Source: Lama glama (lineage: Eukaryota). Taken from it: a stretch of 64,000 nucleotides of DNA. Below the pieces are notes generated by a model. It searched no databases. It worked only from the letters and a program-made list of their open reading frames with translations, and was not told the origin of the DNA. Shown here in pieces: positions 61,285 to 64,000 of the stretch. The stretch covers positions 99,822,001 through 99,886,000 of the forward strand of contig CM052817.1 in assembly GCA_028534125.1 (NCBI GenBank), given 5' to 3'. Numbering within the stretch: the stretch's first letter is position 1; each line of letters starts with the position of its first letter. Both the position numbers and the translations under genes were made by a program.

Positions 61285-64000
61285 AAAAACTACATTACCA
61301 TAGGGAGATAAGAAAATGTAGATTTTCTTTCTTGTCCTTCTTAGGATGTGTTTGAGCCTATATGATTACCAGTCTAAAGCAAATAGATACAATAATGGGT
61401 TAACATAATGGAAAACAGGTTAACCACAAATCAAAAGCATACAATAGAGTCACAAAAACCAAAAAGGAAAGAAACCAAGCTAATACAAAAGAAAATTATC
61501 AAACCACAAAAGGAAAAAAAAAAAAAAGAAAAAGAAAGGAACAAAGAAGAAATACAAAATCAACTGGAAAACAAAGTTTAAAATGGCAACAAACACACAC
61601 CTGTCAATAATTACCGTAAATGTCAATGGACTAAATGTCCCAATCAAAAGACACAGAGTGGCAGATTGGATAATAAAACAAGAACCTACAATATGCTGCC
61701 TACAAGAGACTCACTTTGGAGTGAAGGACACACACAGATTGAAAGTGAGAGGAAAAAGATGTTTCATGCAAATAGAAAAGACAAGAAAGTGGGGGTAGCA
61801 ATCCTCATATCAGATAAAATAGACTTTAAAACAAAGGCCATAAAGAAAGATAAAGAAGGACACTATATAATGATAAAATAGGAGCAATACAAGATGAGGA
61901 TATTATACTTGTTAACATATATGCACCCAATATAGGAACACTTATATTAATAAATACATAAAACAAATACCTTCAGACATAAAAGGAGAAACTGATGGGA
62001 AACAGTAATAGTAGGGGACTTTAACACCCCATTAACATCATTGGACAGGTTTTCCAGACAGAAAATCAATAAGGCAACAGAGATACTGACACAATAGAAC
62101 AGTTAGACTTAGTTGATATTTTCAGGACATGACATCCCCCCAAAACAGGATATACATTATTTTCAGGTACATATGGAACATTCTCTGGGATAGACAACAT
62201 ACTCGGGCACAGAAGAACCCTCAGCAAACTTAAGAGGATAGAAATTATTTCAAGCATCTTTTCTGACCACAATGGCATGAAACTAGAAATCAGCCACAGA
62301 AAGAAAAATGAGAAAAAAATGACTGCGTGGAGACTAAACAACATGCTACTGAAAAAACCAATGAGTCAATTATGAAATCAAAGAAGAAATTAAAAAATAC
62401 CTTGAGACAAATGACAATAAAAACACAGTGACACAAAATCTATAGGATGCAGCAAACACAGTTCTAAGAGAGAAGTTCAAAACAAGAGCCTTCCTCAAAG
62501 AACAAGAGCTATCTCAAATAAACAACCTAACCTACCATCTAAAAGAACTGGAAGAACAAACAAAACCTAAAGTCAGCAGAAGGAAATAAATAATAAAGAT
62601 AAGGGAGGAAAAAAGTAAAAGAGATTTAAAAAACAATGGAAAAAAATCAATCAAACCAAGAGCTGGTATTTTGAAAGAGCAAACAAATTAGACAAACCCT
62701 TTGGCCAGGCTTACCAAGAAGAAAAGAGAAAGGACACAAGTAAATAAAGTAAGAAAGGAAAATGGAGAAATTAGAACCAACACCACAGAAATAGAAAAAA
62801 ACCATAAGAGAATACTATGAACAATGATATGGCAACAAATTGGACAACTAGCAGAAAGAGAAAAGTTTCTAGAAACATGCAGTCCACCAAAACTGAATCA
62901 AGAAGAAATAGATCATTGGAACAGACCAATCACTAGAAGTGAAACAGAATCAGCAATAAAAAGCCTCCCTGCAAGCAAAAGTTCAGTACCAGATGGTTTC
63001 ACTAGAAAATTCTACCGAACATACACAGAAGAACTCATACTGATCTTTCTCAAACTCTTCCAAAAAATTGAAGAGGAGGGAACACTCCCAGACACATTCT
63101 ATGAAGCCACCATTACCCTGATACCAAAGTCAAACAAAGACACTACCAAAAAAGAAAATTACTGGCTAATATCGTTGATGAATATAGATGCAAAAATCCT
63201 CAACAAAATATTAGCAGATACAGTCCAACAACACATAAAAAAGATCATACACTACAATCGAGTTGGATTCATCCTAGGGTGATAAGGATGGTTCAACATA
63301 TGCAAATCAATCAACGTTTGACACCTCAACAGAAGAAAGGATAAAAATCACATGATCATCTCAATAGATGCAGAAAAAGAATTTGATAAAATTCAACACC
63401 CTCTTATGATAAAAACTCTTACCAAAGTGGGTATAGAGGAAACATATAGCAACATAATAAAAGCAATTTATGAAAAACCCACAGTCAACATAATATTCAA
63501 CAGTGAAATGTTAAAAGCTTTCCCACTAAAATTTGGAATAAGACAAGGATGTCCACTCTCACCACTTGTATTCAACATAGTATTGGAAGTCCTAGCCACA
63601 GCAATCAGACAAGGAAAGGAAATAAAAAGGATGCAAATTGGAAGAGAAGAGATAAAATTGTCACTATGTGCAGATGTCATGACACTGTACATAGAAGACC
63701 CTAAAGGCCCACACAAAAACTGCTAGAGCCAATAAAAGAATTCTGCAAGGTAGCAGGATACAAGATTAACATACAGAAATCAGTGGCATTTCTTTACACT
63801 AACAATGAAATACCAGCAAAGGACAGTAAAGAAACAATTCTTTTTAAAATTGCATCCCCAAAAGTAAAATATTTAGGAATAAACATAACCAAGGAGGTGA
63901 AAGACTTATACATGGAGAACTACAAAACATTGATTAAGGAAATTAAAGGTGATTTAAAGAAATTAAAACCTATCCCATGTGCTTGGATTGGAAGAATCAA
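61285..64000 (+). mobile_element. Cetartiodactyl-type L1, 5'-truncated near the ORF1 end/inter-ORF, running off the window
   Basis: A-rich strand; inter-ORF 'ttaggatgtgtttgagcctatatgattaccagtctaaagc', then ORF2. Confidence 0.96.
61583..64000 (+). pseudogene. Disrupted L1 ORF2 (APE endonuclease + reverse transcriptase)
   Basis: EN motifs 'NVNGLN' and 'CCLQETH'; RT motifs '[16 protein letters not shown]', '[14 protein letters not shown]', '[10 protein letters not shown]'. The ORF is broken into several short frames, and catalytic FADD is decayed to CADV. Confidence 0.95.

Noticed and set aside
62824..63726. Functional reverse transcriptase / retron-like system
   Set aside because: These are fragments of a frameshifted L1 ORF2 with the catalytic motif decayed to CADV.
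1..64000. Naming the host gene
   Set aside because: There is no recognisable exon or peptide, so any gene symbol would be a guess.

Overview
Mammalian, repeat-rich, non-coding DNA, most likely camelid: there are two Vic-1-like tRNA-derived SINEs and cetartiodactyl-type L1 3' ends, and I saw no Alu, BovB/BovA or PRE-1. I find no convincing protein-coding exon chain, RNA gene or CRISPR-type array. The ORF-track entries I could assign are L1/L2/LTR-derived, and the rest look like random short ORFs. The window looks like the inside of a long intron or a gene desert; a + strand host gene is only weakly suggested, because more L1 fragments lie on the - strand. It contains many L1 fragments (including a decayed ORF2 EN/RT running off the right end), L2, MIR, MLT1/LTR33/MER31/ERV1-type solo LTRs, hAT (MER5/MER20/MER58) and Tigger-type DNA transposons, and several repeat-free, homeodomain-motif-rich blocks that look like enhancers. 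The most unusual structure is a composite retro-insertion at 23538-25000: its L1 3' end is replaced by a polyadenylated non-L1, 3'UTR-like segment, and it carries an internal 122-bp copy of its own 5' terminus. Other oddities are a perfect 34-bp palindrome, a possibly scrambled old L1, and candidate recursive-splice and micro-exon motifs. I cannot support a new biological system. Repeat subfamily names come from recalled consensus motifs, and boundaries are approximate unless TSDs are quoted.
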